A stretch of DNA of 63,849 nt, filler included, from Octopus bimaculoides (taxonomy: Eukaryota): assembly GCF_001194135.2 (NCBI RefSeq). It is 6 parts of 6 records of this genome, joined end to end, with 100 filler letters (N's around TTAATTAATTAA, not from the genome) between each part and the next. Parts side by side here need not be neighbours in the genome. Positions count along the whole stretch, not along the records: positions 32,281 to 47,327 come from NC_069004.1; positions 47,428 to 52,642 come from NW_026311975.1; 4 more parts are not named here. The stretch is one strand, 5' to 3'. Positions 36,176-50,053 of the stretch are shown here, piece after piece; position 1 is the stretch's first letter; each line of letters starts with the position of its first letter. Position numbers and translations under genes: made by a program. The notes beneath the pieces were generated by a model. It had not been told where the DNA came from and ran no database searches. It worked only from the letters and a program-made list of their open reading frames with translations.

Positions 36176-39100
36176 ATTAAAAAATACACTCACAAAACAA
36201 TCTAAGGTTTTGAATTTATATAATTAATTTCTATGGGTTCTTATATTTCTGCGAAGATCTTTCGTATTTTCATTGGACTGAGTTCTTAACTCAGACTCAG
36301 AATATTAATAGCTAACTTTAGGAATTATACGATTACACTTGCCAAATGATTAGTCTGTAGATGTTTCGTTTTTTTTCCTTCTCTGTGTGTTTGTGTGTGT
36401 CTGTGTGTCTGGAAGTAAATAAGTTGTATGATTGATGTAGCCAACAATTCTTTTCTCCATTTTTCCAGTTAAAAACCTAATGGAACTCTTTAATTACTCT
36501 GTTTGTCTTTATTAGATTTATGACGCTATATGACGTGTCGGGCACCGTTATGCATCGCGGTACGAATTTGGCAAGCAGAGTTAGCAAACAAATTTAGATT
36601 CCTTGCCAAATAGAAACTCTTCGTCAGCGATGGTTTGATGGAAAGGCTTGAACGATAAAATCGGATGTTTTAGACTTCGATGCAAATCTCAGACAATCAT
36701 TATATTTCTTGCGATATATTTAGAGAGTGGCATAGCTATGTAGTTCAGAAAGTCACTCCACAAAAATGTAATTACGGGTTCGAGGAAAATGCAAGGCATC
36801 TCGGGCCGTCGCGAGCATGCGTTTCCTCCGGTTGACCAATGCATGCAAATGGAATTTAGTGGATATAACAGCAACCAGTGAAAGAAAAAGATAAAAAACT
36901 AAAAAATATATATAACAGAGTTCTTTTCTATTTCTGTCCACTAAATCCATTCACAAGGTTTTGGTCGGTCCGAGGCTATAGTAGAAGACACTTGCCCAAG
37001 GTACCACACAGTGGGATTGAACTAGGAACCTCGTGGTTGGGGAAAAAACAGCCATGCCTATGCGGTTCGCTTTTATATAGTTTATACAGTTATACAGTCT
37101 CTGTCAACAAATTCACACACAAGGCCTTCGTCGGGTCGGGGCCATAGAAGGAGTATGTGCGCAACAACTGCGTAATTTCAGATCTGAATTTTGGTAGAAT
37201 CTTACTTGTGGGCGAGGAGTTCCCCTATTCCTGAAATGGAGGAACTTTCGTCAGTTCGTAGAACTAAGCTGATAAGAGTTATCAGCTTCAACATATTATA
37301 TATCTGAGATTTTCAGTAAATACCCGCCCCCAACCCCACCAAGTAATGTCACTAATCAAATATGTAAATCTCCAAAGAACCACAATCATAGGAAATATAT
37401 CAATGACCAGTTATCTGTTGTTGTCTTTAGTATACTTTAGAGGTCCGCTAAATTGAAACAAAGACCAAATAAAACGTTCGCACAGACTTAACCCCATTTT
37501 CACGTAATACAGAACTTTAAGCAAATATTGGTTTGAAATTTTGACACAAGACCAGCACTTTCGGGGGAAGAGTAAGTGATTACATCGACCCAGTACATGA
37601 CTGGTTCTTATTTTATCTACCCCAAAAGAATAAAAAGCAAATCGACTACGGCAGAATTTGAACTCGGAACGTAACATAAAGTAAATATCGACAACATTCT
37701 GTATTTCTTGTTTTATCTGCCCCAAAAGAATAAAAAGCAAATCGACTACGGCAGAATTTGAACTCGGAACGTAACATAAAGTAAATATCGACAACATTCT
37801 GTATTTNNNNNNNNNNNNNNNNNNNNNNNNNNNNNNNNNNNNNNNNNNNNNNNNNNNNNNNNNNNNNNNNNNNNNNNNNNNNNNNNNNNNNNNNNNNNNN
37901 NNNNNNNNNNNNNNNNNNNNNNNNNNNNNNNNNNNNNNNNNNNNNNNNNNNNNNNNNNNNNNNNNNNNNNNNNNNNNNNNNNNNNNNNNNNNNNNNNNNN
38001 NNNNNNNNNNNNNNNNNNNNNNNNNNNNNNNNNNNNNNNNNNNNNNNNNNNNNNNNNNNNNNNNNNNNNNNNNNNNNNNNNNNNNNNNNNNNNNNNNNNN
38101 NNNNNNNNNNNNNNNNNNNNNNNNNNNNNNNNNNNNNNNNNNNNNNNNNNNNNNNNNNNNNNNNNNNNNNNNNNNATATGCATGGATGTATATGTGTGTA
38201 TGTATAAAATTAAAATATTTTTGTTGTTGTAGATAAACTAATAAAAATTGAAAACAAAGAAAATATTGGTTAAATTTATTTTTATTATTTCTATTATTCT
38301 GAAAAAAAAAATGTTTGGTTATCATATAATAGTTATGTAATATGGCAAATATATCTAACGATAAGGTTTCAAAAGATGCAAAGATATACTAAATAAGCGA
38401 ATAATTTATTTGTTTATTGTGTTGTAGGAAATTAAATATAAAGGCTGTGAAATCTTTGTTGTAAATAAAGCAATGAATATGAAATCTATGTTGTACTCAC
38501 CTTTAATAAGAGCTACAAATGCGATACGAGCGGATATTTCAAACAAACAAAAAGTGGAGTTAATGTTAAAAAAAAATCATTAAATGAAACTGACAATAAA
38601 TTCTAAATGTGATGCCCTGATAAACCGCCATTATTAATGAAATCGGAATAAAATTATAGATCGGTGGAGCTTTGTAATTGTAAATTTAAAGCAGGTAGTT
38701 CAACGAGAGCTTCAAATCAAATACAGGTAAATGAGACTTGTAGAAGTGATGAAAGTCAATGATTACAAGTTCAGGTGAAACGATAATAAAATAATAAATA
38801 AAAGAAACAAGAAAAATATTAGATTCGTTCGTCTCTCATGAATAAAGCTATAAAATGCCTTATTTTCCGGCATACAAGTCGAAGTTTTCAGACCAAAATT
38901 TACAGCCAATAAAAGGTAAATCGACTTATACATCACGACAACTTTGCTGGATGAAATAGTTCAGGTAAAATGCAACAAGATTTAGAAAGTTAGTGACGAT
39001 GTTTGAATAGTTGAACTATATTTTAATACTATATAGTTCGTCGACTTGTATGGCAGAAAATACAGTATTGATTTCTTCTATTAAACACAAAGCCTTAAAT

Positions 39101-39708
39101 TTCCAGAGAAATATACTGTCAATTAAATTGATTTCATTATTTAGCTTGAATTCTATTTTGTCGATTCCCGGAAAGATAAAAGGCAAATTTCACCTCGGCG
39201 AAATTTGAATCCCAAAATATTCAAATCTAGGCCTCGAAATGCCAATACTGCCGCCAATGAAATATAATGGTGCCCCAAATATTTGGTACAAAGTCATAAA
39301 TTTTGAAGGGAAGGGGATAATCGGTTACATCCACCCCAGTACTTGATTGGTAATTTAATTTATTCTAGAAGATATACTCATGGTGTTACGCTGTAGGATC
39401 GAACCCTGAACCACGAGGTAGTGGATCGTACTTTCTAACAGCAGTTATGCCCTGCACCCAATTCTCTCTTGTTGCTCATTCGATATAAATTGCCATTTTA
39501 TTTCCTTTCAGTAGAATGTTTCATACACTTCAATTATACACCTGGAACGAAACATGAACAACAAAAAACAAAGCAAAAGAAAAGAAAAAAAAACATGAAC
39601 ACCAGTTTGTTTCTTTTTTTTTTTATTTATTTAGTATGAGGGTTAGGGTTAGGGTTAGGATGGTGATGTCGGCGATGAAGGCGACGACGATGATGATGAT
39701 GATGTTAG

Positions 39709-39742
<34 letters not shown>

Positions 39743-39782
39743 ATGATGATGAGGTTGATGATGATGGTGGTGGTGGTGGCAG

Positions 39783-39813
<31 letters not shown>

Positions 39814-39998
39814 CGATAAAGATGATAATGATGATGTTGGCGATGGTGGTGGTGGTGGTGGCCGAGGATGATGAGGATGTCCACACAACTGGACATTGTG
39901 CAGGGATATGAAGGGCCAATTGATCTCACATTGTAGAGACAGAACTAAAGACTGGAGAGCATCCCAGTGAAGCGTATGGCCACTTCTATCAACCTACT

Positions 39999-40084
<86 letters not shown>

Positions 40085-40094
40085 AATAATAATA

Positions 40095-40495
40095 GGCGCA
40101 GGAGTGGCTGTGTGGTAAGAAGCTTGCTTACCAATCACATGGTTCCGGATTCAGTCCCACTGCGTGGCACCTTGGGCAAGTGTCTTCTACTATAGCCTCG
40201 GGGCGACCAAAGCCTTGTGAGTGGATTTGGTAGACGGAAACTGAAAGAAGCTCGTCGTATAGATGTATGTAGGCATGTGTGCGTATATGTTTGTGTGTCT
40301 GTGTTTGTCCCCCACCACCATCGCTTGACAACCGAGGTTGGTGTGATTACGTCCACGTGACTTAGCGGTTCAGCAAAGGAGACCGATAGAATAAGTACTA
40401 GGCTTACAAAGAATAGGTCCCGGGGTCGATTTGCTCGACTAAAGGCGGTGCTCCGGCATGGCCGCAGTCACAAGAATGAATCAAGTAAAAGAAAA
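40095..40495 (+). mobile_element. SINE family A, full-length, next to an (AAT)n tract
   Basis: Complete head-to-tail match. Confidence 0.85.
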
Positions 40496-40509
40496 AAAAA
40501 TAATAATCG

Positions 40510-40723
40510 TTTTCTACTGTAGGTACAAGGCCTGAAATTTTGGAGGAGGGGGCGAATCGATTACATGGACCACAGTATTCAACTGGTATTTATTTTATCG
40601 ATTCCGAAAGAACGAAAGGCAAAGTTAGTCTCGGCGGAATTTGAGTTTAGAGCGGTAAGACGGATTAAACGCCGCTAAGCATTTTGCACGGCGTTACAAG
40701 AATTCTGTCAACTCACCGCATTT

Positions 40724-40775
<52 letters not shown>

Positions 40776-41135
40776 CGACGACGACGACAACAACAACAAT
40801 AACGATTATTTTTATTGGTTACAAGGGCCCAACACATGGAAGACAAGATCAAAGGACGGGATACAACACACAAAACAGAAGGGGTTTACATGGAATAAAG
40901 GGAGACCCTACAACAGCAAAGGGCACAACGGAAGATCTATATAAACACAAATTAGAGAAATAGCGGTATTTGGTCCGTCTTTACGTTCTGAGTTCACGTA
41001 GTCCTTCGGGGTGGATTTTGCCGTTCATCCTTTCGAGGTCTATAAAATAAGTACCAGTTATACACTGGGAATCGTTGTAGTCGACTTATCTCCCCCACCC
41101 CGAAATTGCTGGCCTTGTACCAAAATTTGAAACCA
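40510..41135. mobile_element. Two SINE family B copies in opposite orientations (40510-40710 minus; about 40960-41135 plus)
   Basis: Both match the family B consensus. Confidence 0.65.
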
Positions 41136-41514
41136 ATATTACGCATGCCACTAATATGTATTTATGTATGGCTATACTCGTTACTTACTCATTTTACAAT
41201 TAGAGCGATGTCCTTATATTTTTTGTGATGGTGAATTCAAGGTTTTTAACTATTAAAAAATAGTGAAAAAAAAAAAAAACAAAGCACACACAACAACAAC
41301 AACAACGACATATATACGACAAAAAAAAAATGAAATTAAATGAAAATAAATCAGACGCATTCATTTCTCGAAGACAAGACATTATTCTCAGACACTTCCG
41401 GGGTCAACAATCGCTTGCGGCCAACACAGTTATTCTCCCTGAATACGTCATGTGATCTAGTTGACCTTATTGATTCATTGAAAGCAAAAACCTTGATTTT
41501 TGTTTTAGCATATA

Positions 41515-41573
41515 TTATTGCGCTGCAATGTCAAAATTCTCCAGTTTCAAATCTACTTCAAATGAAATGAATC
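41515..41573 (-). CDS. Possible terminal coding exon (phase 1) of a minus-strand gene
   Basis: Acceptor ATTTTCATTTACAG|, then (G)FISFEVDLKLENFDIAAQ*. Linkage to the 47.6-50.4 kb exons is not shown. Confidence 0.3.
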
Positions 41574-44500
41574 CTGTAAATGAAAATATAGCAGACGATG
41601 AGGGAAATAATAGTTTGATGATGACATTCAGATTGGCAGATGTATATAGATATAGTTATGAAAGTGAATATATTGGTGTATATAAATATGGCTTTAGTAT
41701 GTTATCTTTATGAGAATTAAGTTATTCTACAATTGGTTTATATTAGAAATAGATGGCGGTGATGAAATATGTAGAGCAAAATTTCTTCAAAAAGCTATTA
41801 TATAGCTTAAAATTAGTCTCAAATTTATGATCTTATAAAATGTGTTATGTTCTGATTTGGGTGTAAAATTAATGTCGATAGAGAAGTATTCTGGAAGCTG
41901 TAAAAATTCTGATTTTGAGGGATAAAGTGGCATTTAACATCGTAATGAAAAACCAAGACAAATATATATGGTTAGTCTAAGAATGGAAGTTAAGGTACTG
42001 CATATATTCCTTCGTTACGGTTGTTTCAACAATACATGGGTGAGATCCACCATGAACATAAATATAAATGAACGTGTAACATTACAATATATTACATGTG
42101 ATCCATGTTCATCTCATCAGACAAAAATAAAAAAGAAAAGAAATTCATTTATCTAACAAGTTCAATGACCTGAAGTACATTTTGCTCAAGATTGCCACCA
42201 CAAAATATAAAATATAAATATATAAACGTAGATTTCCACAAGAATTGTGGGAAATATGAATATGAAATTATTCGAACAAAAATCAGTAACATGCAAATAA
42301 AAATAAAAGTAAATTTCATCTCTCCCTCTGAAAAAATTTTCAAATATTTTTGCAACTACAATTTACAAATTTTTTTTTTTAATATAATCGCCATTTCCCC
42401 CAAATAGCATTTATACCATACTGATAGCACAATGACTGTTCATAATTTTACTAATGAATTATCGAATTAGCGGGTGTCTCATAATGATGGGATTGGTGGC
42501 CAAAGTTATGCATTACGCACTTTCCTTAGAGATATCATTTTTTTTATGACACTCCTAACTCAATTGATACGAATCGAAACTAAGGCTATGAATAACGCAT
42601 CCAACAGTCAACTGTATGAATTTTCATTAAGTTATAATTTTCTGAACTACATCTATCCTCGTTTATCACTGATTCATTCGACATTCAATGAATCACACGC
42701 GCGCGCGCGCGCATATATATGTATGCACGTAGGAATGTGTGGGTGCATATATATATATATATATATATTGTTTCGAATTTGTGTGAATGTGTATAGAATA
42801 ATATATTAGTTGAATAATGTTAAAACATGATCTGATTTCCACGTTTTTTATTTACCATTCAATAATCAAGTCTACCACCCAAAAATTAATCTACCACCCA
42901 TGAATTCATTAACGTAACTACATAATAGAAAATTCTTAAAGTTTCAATTTAAGTGGAGAGACAAGTTACTGAAGAGATTGCAAGAGTGCAATGAAATAAT
43001 TTAACAAAAAACTATATAAATTAATAAAGGACTGAACCAGTGCGTGTGTTTATTACCGGTATAATGCCTCTCCCAAGGTTTAATTGTAATTTTAATATAT
43101 TTTTATCGAAATGTGATTTTGAAATTTTCTTTTGTAGATTTCAGTTACATGTTTCAAGCAGACAACTAAGTTTATTCACTGCAAGATAGTCAGCGTTTTT
43201 TAACACCTTACACCCTTCTCTTCTTATCTCTTTTCTCTCGCACAAACGTCATTTGTATTTCTTCCATTTAATATTTCTCGTCTTTCTCCGTTACATTCAC
43301 TTTCTTTGCAAAGCTCTCTCTATCTCTCTATCTCAGCCGCTTCTTTCTCTCTATCACCTGTCTCTCTCTACTGCCTCTATTCAGTTGTTTTCATTAAAAA
43401 TGCTAGTAGAAACACGCTTCCCAGGTGGTTTTCTGCTAGTATTTGAAATAAATACGGTATGACAGACCTCTCGCGGCTGGATCCAAGAATCTAGAACAGA
43501 AGTAAAATTCAAAACATATTTTTTCCTAATCTGTGAGAAAGAGATAAAGAAAACTTGCCAGTATATGCGTGACTTAAACGTTTTTATGATTGGGTCCCGA
43601 ACGAAGACAGCATCCTTACTTGCAAGGCCTCTATGGAAAAGTAGGTTGTACCAAAATCCTTGTAACTGGTATCTACAGCTCAAGATCAAACAGAAATCCT
43701 GACTGGAAGTTTTGTAAGAGAGAAGAGTGCGCTCAATAAACATGGTGGACCAAGTATTAGCGTTAAACGAAATACTTCTTGATTTTACATTTGGCAACAG
43801 AGAATTTTCTGGAAACTAATTCAACAAGATGTTATAGATGGGCGAACTATTATAACTTAATAACTAACGCCATATTTAATAACACATCTTAATTAAAACC
43901 CGAATCCCACCTTTACAGAACTTTTAATAACCTGTTATGTTCCGGGCAAAGGATGAAAAGCCAAAAGAAATTTAAGAAAACTGCGTTCATACTTTTGGAA
44001 GATATTGGAATTTCTAAAACTTATGCATTCGAAATAGAGAAGAAACGAAAAAGATTTTAACGTCACACAAACTATAGCGAAAGAGTCTTTTTTTTTTTTG
44101 TTATTTACTGAGATAAAAGTTAATCCATGATAATCCACAAAGAATTGTACTGGCATTTTATGGCAGATTCGATTACTTAATATTGCTTTTCCACATAGAT
44201 TTTTTGTGTATATTTTATTATCGATTATAGATCTAGAATCCGTTCATAAAAGAATGATGAAAATCATGCAGATATGAGTAACAAACTATAGTGATTAATG
44301 CAATGACTGGTTCTTGACCCTTTATTACAATACATATTTATGGTTCCGGAAGCAAATTCGAAATATCTTAGAACAATCAATCAGCGGTATTTTTGGCGAG
44401 GATCGTTCTTTTATAGATCGTTGACGCAAAAGGTGGTCAAGTAAACTTCCTGCAAATTGAGCTCTCGATGCAGTCTCAAGGCTGGAGCGATTCCCTGATA

Positions 44501-44699
44501 TCTTTCCTTTTTATCCGTTAAAAATATGTTACAAACAAATGGAAACAGAAAAAAGATTCGTCATTACTCGTGTACAAATATACATGTCTACATATGCATG
44601 TAGAGTGTGTGTGTGTGTGTGAGTGCATGGGTGTGTGCGCGTGCATGTGTATCTATGTATATATGTAGATATACCAGTACATATATTTATACATACGTG

Positions 44700-44747
<48 letters not shown>

Positions 44748-45021
44748 TATATATACATACATATATATACCGACTGCGGAACCAAATCGTTTAGATTTTC
44801 AAAATACTGTTTTTCTAAAAATGTAAACACTGTTATGATTAAGAGACAGTAAAGGTACGAAATATGTATGTATGTTTGTATGCATGTGTATGTGTGTATG
44901 TGTTTGTGCCTGTATGCAGGTATATGTATAAACTTATTTATGCATGTATGCATATAAATGTATATAATTAAGTAATATCTGGCATAACGCGTAAAAATGT
45001 CAGTAAGAAGAGTATTCCATC

Positions 45022-45072
45022 TAATGGGAGTCCAATATTAATGGGAGTCCAATATTAATGGGAGTCCAATAT
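45022..45072. repeat. 17-bp tandem repeat x3 (TAATGGGAGTCCAATAT)
   Basis: Read directly; it abuts the palindrome at 45070. Confidence 0.9.
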
Positions 45073-45266
45073 CAATGTATGCGTTTCACTCCACATGTAT
45101 TACACGCGCTACCAACAGTTTCAAGTACATGGCAAATACCTTCATCAGGCGCTGGTTATTTTATACTTCTGGGTTTCATAAAATAATGACCTCCCGATCA
45201 ACGTACTTGTCATATACGTGGGGCTATTAGTAGTGCGTGTAATACATGTGGAGTGAAACGCATACA

Positions 45267-45272
<6 letters not shown>
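45070..45272. repeat. About 200-bp imperfect palindrome (inverted duplication of a hammerhead-containing segment)
   Basis: Outer 41 bp of the arms match with 2 mismatches (45074-45114 vs 45228-45268). Similarity continues inward to a loop near 45165-45178. Confidence 0.85.
45106..45152 (-). ncRNA. Type I minimal hammerhead ribozyme motif, core intact
   Basis: GCGC-CTGATGA-AGGTA-tttgccatg-TACTT-GAAAC-TGTTG-GTA-GCGC. Stem I is 4 bp, stem II is 5 bp, and stem III is short. The GUA cleavage triplet and all core nucleotides are present. Confidence 0.7.
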
Positions 45273-45312
<40 letters not shown>

Positions 45313-45457
45313 NNNNNNNNNNNNNNNNNNNNNNNNNNNNNNNNNNNNNNNNNNNNNNATATTTATTCTCCATTACACGTGTTTCATTTGCTAATAGGAA
45401 TTACAAACACCTGAGATTTACCCTGGAACCACATACATGCAAGTATACATATATACA

Positions 45458-45489
<32 letters not shown>

Positions 45490-46558
45490 CACACACACAC
45501 GCGCGCGCGCACACACACGCTCACTTATCTATATATAAACTAAACTCATCATAATATCAATAATTGTACATATAAGCAAGCGAATAATTTAAATCTACCG
45601 GTTAACACTTAAATCTAATCCCAATAATTAAATTTACCGCTCGTTAATTAAGTTTACCACTCAGTAATTAACTTTACCATTCAATAATCAAGTCTACCAC
45701 CTAATAATTAATCTACCCCCCATGAAGTCATTAACATAACTACATAACGTTTAATTAAATTAAATATCTATAAAAAGTAAAACATTATAAATATAGAAAA
45801 AACAAAACAATGTTATCACTAAAAGAATAAAAAGAGAAACGGAATTCAGAAAGAGAAGATATTGTAAAGAATAAAGACAACATATCGTTACTATTATGTT
45901 TAATTGTCGTATGTCCAAATTTGACCAAATGTGTTTTCTTTTCTCCAATATTCATTTTTGCTTGCAATAGCCAGTTCTTTTGGTCAAACTATCGTATCTC
46001 CAGCTGCTTCAGATGCCAAGATATCAGAAACTGTCAAAGTGTAATAGAACTGTTTTTGCTATGGAATGGTGAAACTATTTTTTCGTTTTCTGAAAAAGCA
46101 ACGTTTTGGACTTACGACACTTTTGCATAATAGCAACGACACATTTATCTCTTTGGTTTCTCATATCGACAGGAATACTCCTCTAACTCATACCTGGAGT
46201 ATTCCTTTACCAATCTACACCAACATGCTGAAGATGTGTTCTTTTAAACCCCAACACATCCGACCATCTTTGCACAATATTCACATGCACATGTAAACAT
46301 GCATACAGTATACTGGGCGTCCTTGTTTTTGCTTGTGTGCGTATGGCTTCGTCAGAGTAAATATGTGTGTCTGTATATCTGCGTGTGAGGGATCGTGTTT
46401 GTCGTGTGTGTATGATTGTACATATGTGATAGTGTCTGTGTGCGTGCAGGCGTTTATGTGTGCGTGCGTGCATGTGTGTGCTCATGTATGTGTGTGTCAT
46501 TGTGTGTGTATATGCTTTCATCAATCTTATGCTATCAGTATTTACACAGTTGCTAACC

Positions 46559-46638
<80 letters not shown>

Positions 46639-46931
46639 CACAGTTGTGTATAGTGTGTATAGTGTGTATGAGCTTATGCGTGGGCAGTGTATAACGAGAA
46701 AGTGATCCAGGCATACAAGTAGAATGAATGACAGAAATAGAGAAGGGCATACATTATAAAGTGAAAAATGATTTGTTAACTGCATGCTTTCAGTCACTCT
46801 TCATTAGAAAGAGTATAGTTCGATAAATAAAACAGACAGATAGATATATATAGATGGATAGCAAGCTAGAGAAATAGAAAGATAGATGCAGAAAGATTGA
46901 GTGAGAAAGAATGTGTGTATGTGTGTGTGTG

Positions 46932-47005
<74 letters not shown>

Positions 47006-47123
47006 AGGCCTGTCCAAATGTTATGAAACATAAGGGATGCTATTTAACCGTTTGCAGTAAAACTTCAATGATAAACTCATTAAAATGATAAACTCATTTT
47101 AATGCTGAGCCAAAGTAATTACT

Positions 47124-47166
<43 letters not shown>

Positions 47167-47591
47167 CATAAAAAAATAGTAGACCGCGAAAAGAATTTGC
47201 AGTTAGTTAACAGTAAATGAGTAAAGTGCTAATTGATAAATTATATCAGATTTGGTTTTCATAACTATTGTAATATATTTAGGTATGTTTCGATTCTTTA
47301 CTGACCAGCAAAAGCCAGAAACGTCCGNNNNNNNNNNNNNNNNNNNNNNNNNNNNNNNNNNNNNNNNNNNNTTAATTAATTAANNNNNNNNNNNNNNNNN
47401 NNNNNNNNNNNNNNNNNNNNNNNNNNNTGTCATACCTTCTTTCATTCAATTAGTCTGGAACAACCCACGAAAGGACATTTTTGAAAGTTGCTCCGTAACT
47501 TCTAATTTACACAATCCTTTGACACTTCCTGGTGCCTCCAGCCCATCTTCAAATCATTTCATAGACGGAAGGGTGTCTTCGATAAACCTAC

Positions 47592-47716
47592 CTCTTTAAA
47601 GGCATCCTTGGGAAACTTGAGCAACCTGTAAACTGTACTTTGATCGTCCGAGGAAAATACATGCGACATTTTGTAGAAAGCGTTGTCAAGAGATTCAGAG
47701 ATCGCATATACATATT
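47592..47716 (-). CDS. Exon (phase 1-0) of an apolipoprotein/apolipophorin-like gene
   Basis: Acceptor CATTTATCTCCCTTAG|, frame EYVYAISESLDNAFYKMSHVFSSDDQSTVYRLLKFPKDAFKE, donor GAG|GTAGGT. Read-through would end VGLSKTPFRL*, so it could be terminal. Confidence 0.75.
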
Positions 47717-48441
47717 CTAAGGGAGATAAATGAGTTATGGTGGTTGAGAGTCATAATAGCAAAACTTAAGACACATCGTATACAAAATGCACCGTACACA
47801 AGACATACATTGCATTAGCTATATCATATGTAAGAAATATAATACAAAAGGCACATCGTACACAACACACATCATACACAGATGCATCATACACAAAGTA
47901 CATCATACAAAAGACACATCATGTTACATCAGATACATCAATCATGAGACATCATACACAAGATATATCACGTATAAGACACATCATACACATATGACGC
48001 CTCATGCATAAGATATATCATACACACCACACATCATACACAAAACACATTATATATAAGGCACATAAAACAATATACAAGATCATACACAAGTTGAAAG
48101 TAATTGTCAAATACATAACATCATACAGAAAACGAGAGACATTGTCAAACACAAAAGCTATCATATACAAAAGAAAACATTATCAAACACAAGACAACAT
48201 AATATTCAGTGACTGAGTCGTTGTCAAATATGACAGTCAACATACATCAAGCAAGAATCATTGCCAAAAATGAGAGTTATCACAATTCATATCAACTGAG
48301 ATGGGCACATTAGATAATATAGTCAGATACGCCATGCCTGAAGGAAGAGGTGGTCATGGCTGGAACTCATTTGATCACATCACAGGTCTACTAGAACAAG
48401 GAGTGACCTGGTGCTAACCAACAACAACAACAATAACTCAC

Positions 48442-48571
48442 CTCTTATAATGGTGAAGAATTCACTGATATGTAAGTTGATATCGTCTTGCAGAAAGGAG
48501 AGGTATTCGATGGCAAGGTTGTAGTGTTCCTCGATCATCTCACCTATATCGATCAGGTATTGCTCGAATAT
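48442..48571 (-). CDS. Exon (phase 0-1) of the same gene
   Basis: Strong acceptor TTTCTCTCTTTCTTTCTTACAG|, frame IFEQYLIDIGEMIEEHYNLAIEYLSFLQDDINLHISEFFTIIR, donor G|GTGAGT. Phases fit both neighbouring exons. Confidence 0.85.
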
Positions 48572-48801
48572 CTGTAAGAAAGAAAGAGAGAAAGTTAATA
48601 CTTGATGGACACATCGTCGTCAACATCATCATCAGTGTTTAACTTTCATTTTCCATGCTGGTATGGGTTGGATGGTTTGCTTGAAACCAATAAACCAGAC
48701 GACTGCACAANNNNNNNNNNNNNNNNNNNNNNNNNNNNNNNNNNNNNNNNNNNNNNNNNNNNNNNNNNNNNNNNNNNNNNNNNNNNNNNNNNNNNNNNNN
48801 N

Positions 48802-48846
<45 letters not shown>

Positions 48847-50053
48847 CATATATACGTACATATAAGGACAAAAAGGAATCATACTGAATTAGTAATGTTA
48901 TGAAGGAAAGAGGAGACGGACTAACGATAGTTTATGAAGTCAGTCTGCGAAATAAATGACTGAAAAGCGTAGAAATATGAAGCAAAATATCAACAATCAA
49001 AAAGGTGTACAATGAAGATAAATATACCAAAGGAAGAAACAGAAGAGAATATAATACTTTAGATGATATCCTTAGAAAACAAAAGGAAAAAGAGAAAGAG
49101 AAATCAATATGATACCGAGTTTAAGCTATTTGATTACGTGGCAGGCCTAAAGCGGAATGTTTTTACAGGTACAACAATGCCTTTGCAGACACTGACAGTT
49201 TTGAACTTCTCATAATCTGCACTAATTTATAAGAAGAAACTACAAAACCCTATGGTCGCCAGACTAGTTTATTAATATCTTGCACAATACAGTATTAACA
49301 AACTCAGATAATTTATACTAATGTATAGGTGTTTATCCAGGGGAAATGGAGCTCTCCAGCCCTGTAAGGCAATTCCTCAAAGAAAAATCCACGCCAATGT
49401 AAAGCCTATGCCTTAATAGTCACTGCAGCTGTTTTAGCTGACTGAACCATTGTGGTCAGCCCATTAAGTCTTAAGAATGGGATCGAATTGCATAGACTGA
49501 TTCTCACTTTAAAACTACAAAGTGTGGACGGGAAGAAATGCCCAGCAGAGCCGACGATCAGTTTACAGAACCACTTAACGGTATACCACTCTTCCTTGTG
49601 GTCTTCTTAACAAGATAAACTGCCATCCCAGGTAACTAGCAAGCTTCATATTTGTTTAATGTAGGGTGTGTTGACAGAGGTGACCACCCCTAGTTCAGAA
49701 AAATCATTAATTTGGAAAGGCTTTGGAATGTGATAATTGATGTTGTATCTATAATTAAATTCTTCTGATTGGTGGATTCAGTTATGCTTCAGAAGTGACA
49801 CGAGCCATGGCATTGATAAGCTGCAACTATGATGAAATGTATCTGTCACTCTTATGATCACTTCTGAAGCGATTTTGTTTTCCCTATCTCTGAAGGAACC
49901 CCAAATATTTTTAAAGGGTTTTTTCTGAATGGAAAAATCACAGCTTCTGGAATTTAAACGCATATTTTATGTTGTATCGATGTTTTTGTTACAGAGCTAC
50001 TTCTTGTGCAAAATTCAAATTTATTTTACTTTATTACGATTTTTATTACTTAC

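Noticed and set aside
37611-37806. 100-bp tandem duplication resembling a repeat array
   Set aside because: Only two copies, derived from a SINE fragment and ending at a gap; likely an unmerged contig overlap or local duplication. There is no repeat-spacer structure, so not CRISPR.
39641-39660. (TTAGGG)3 telomere-like repeat
   Set aside because: Too short and embedded in low-complexity sequence.
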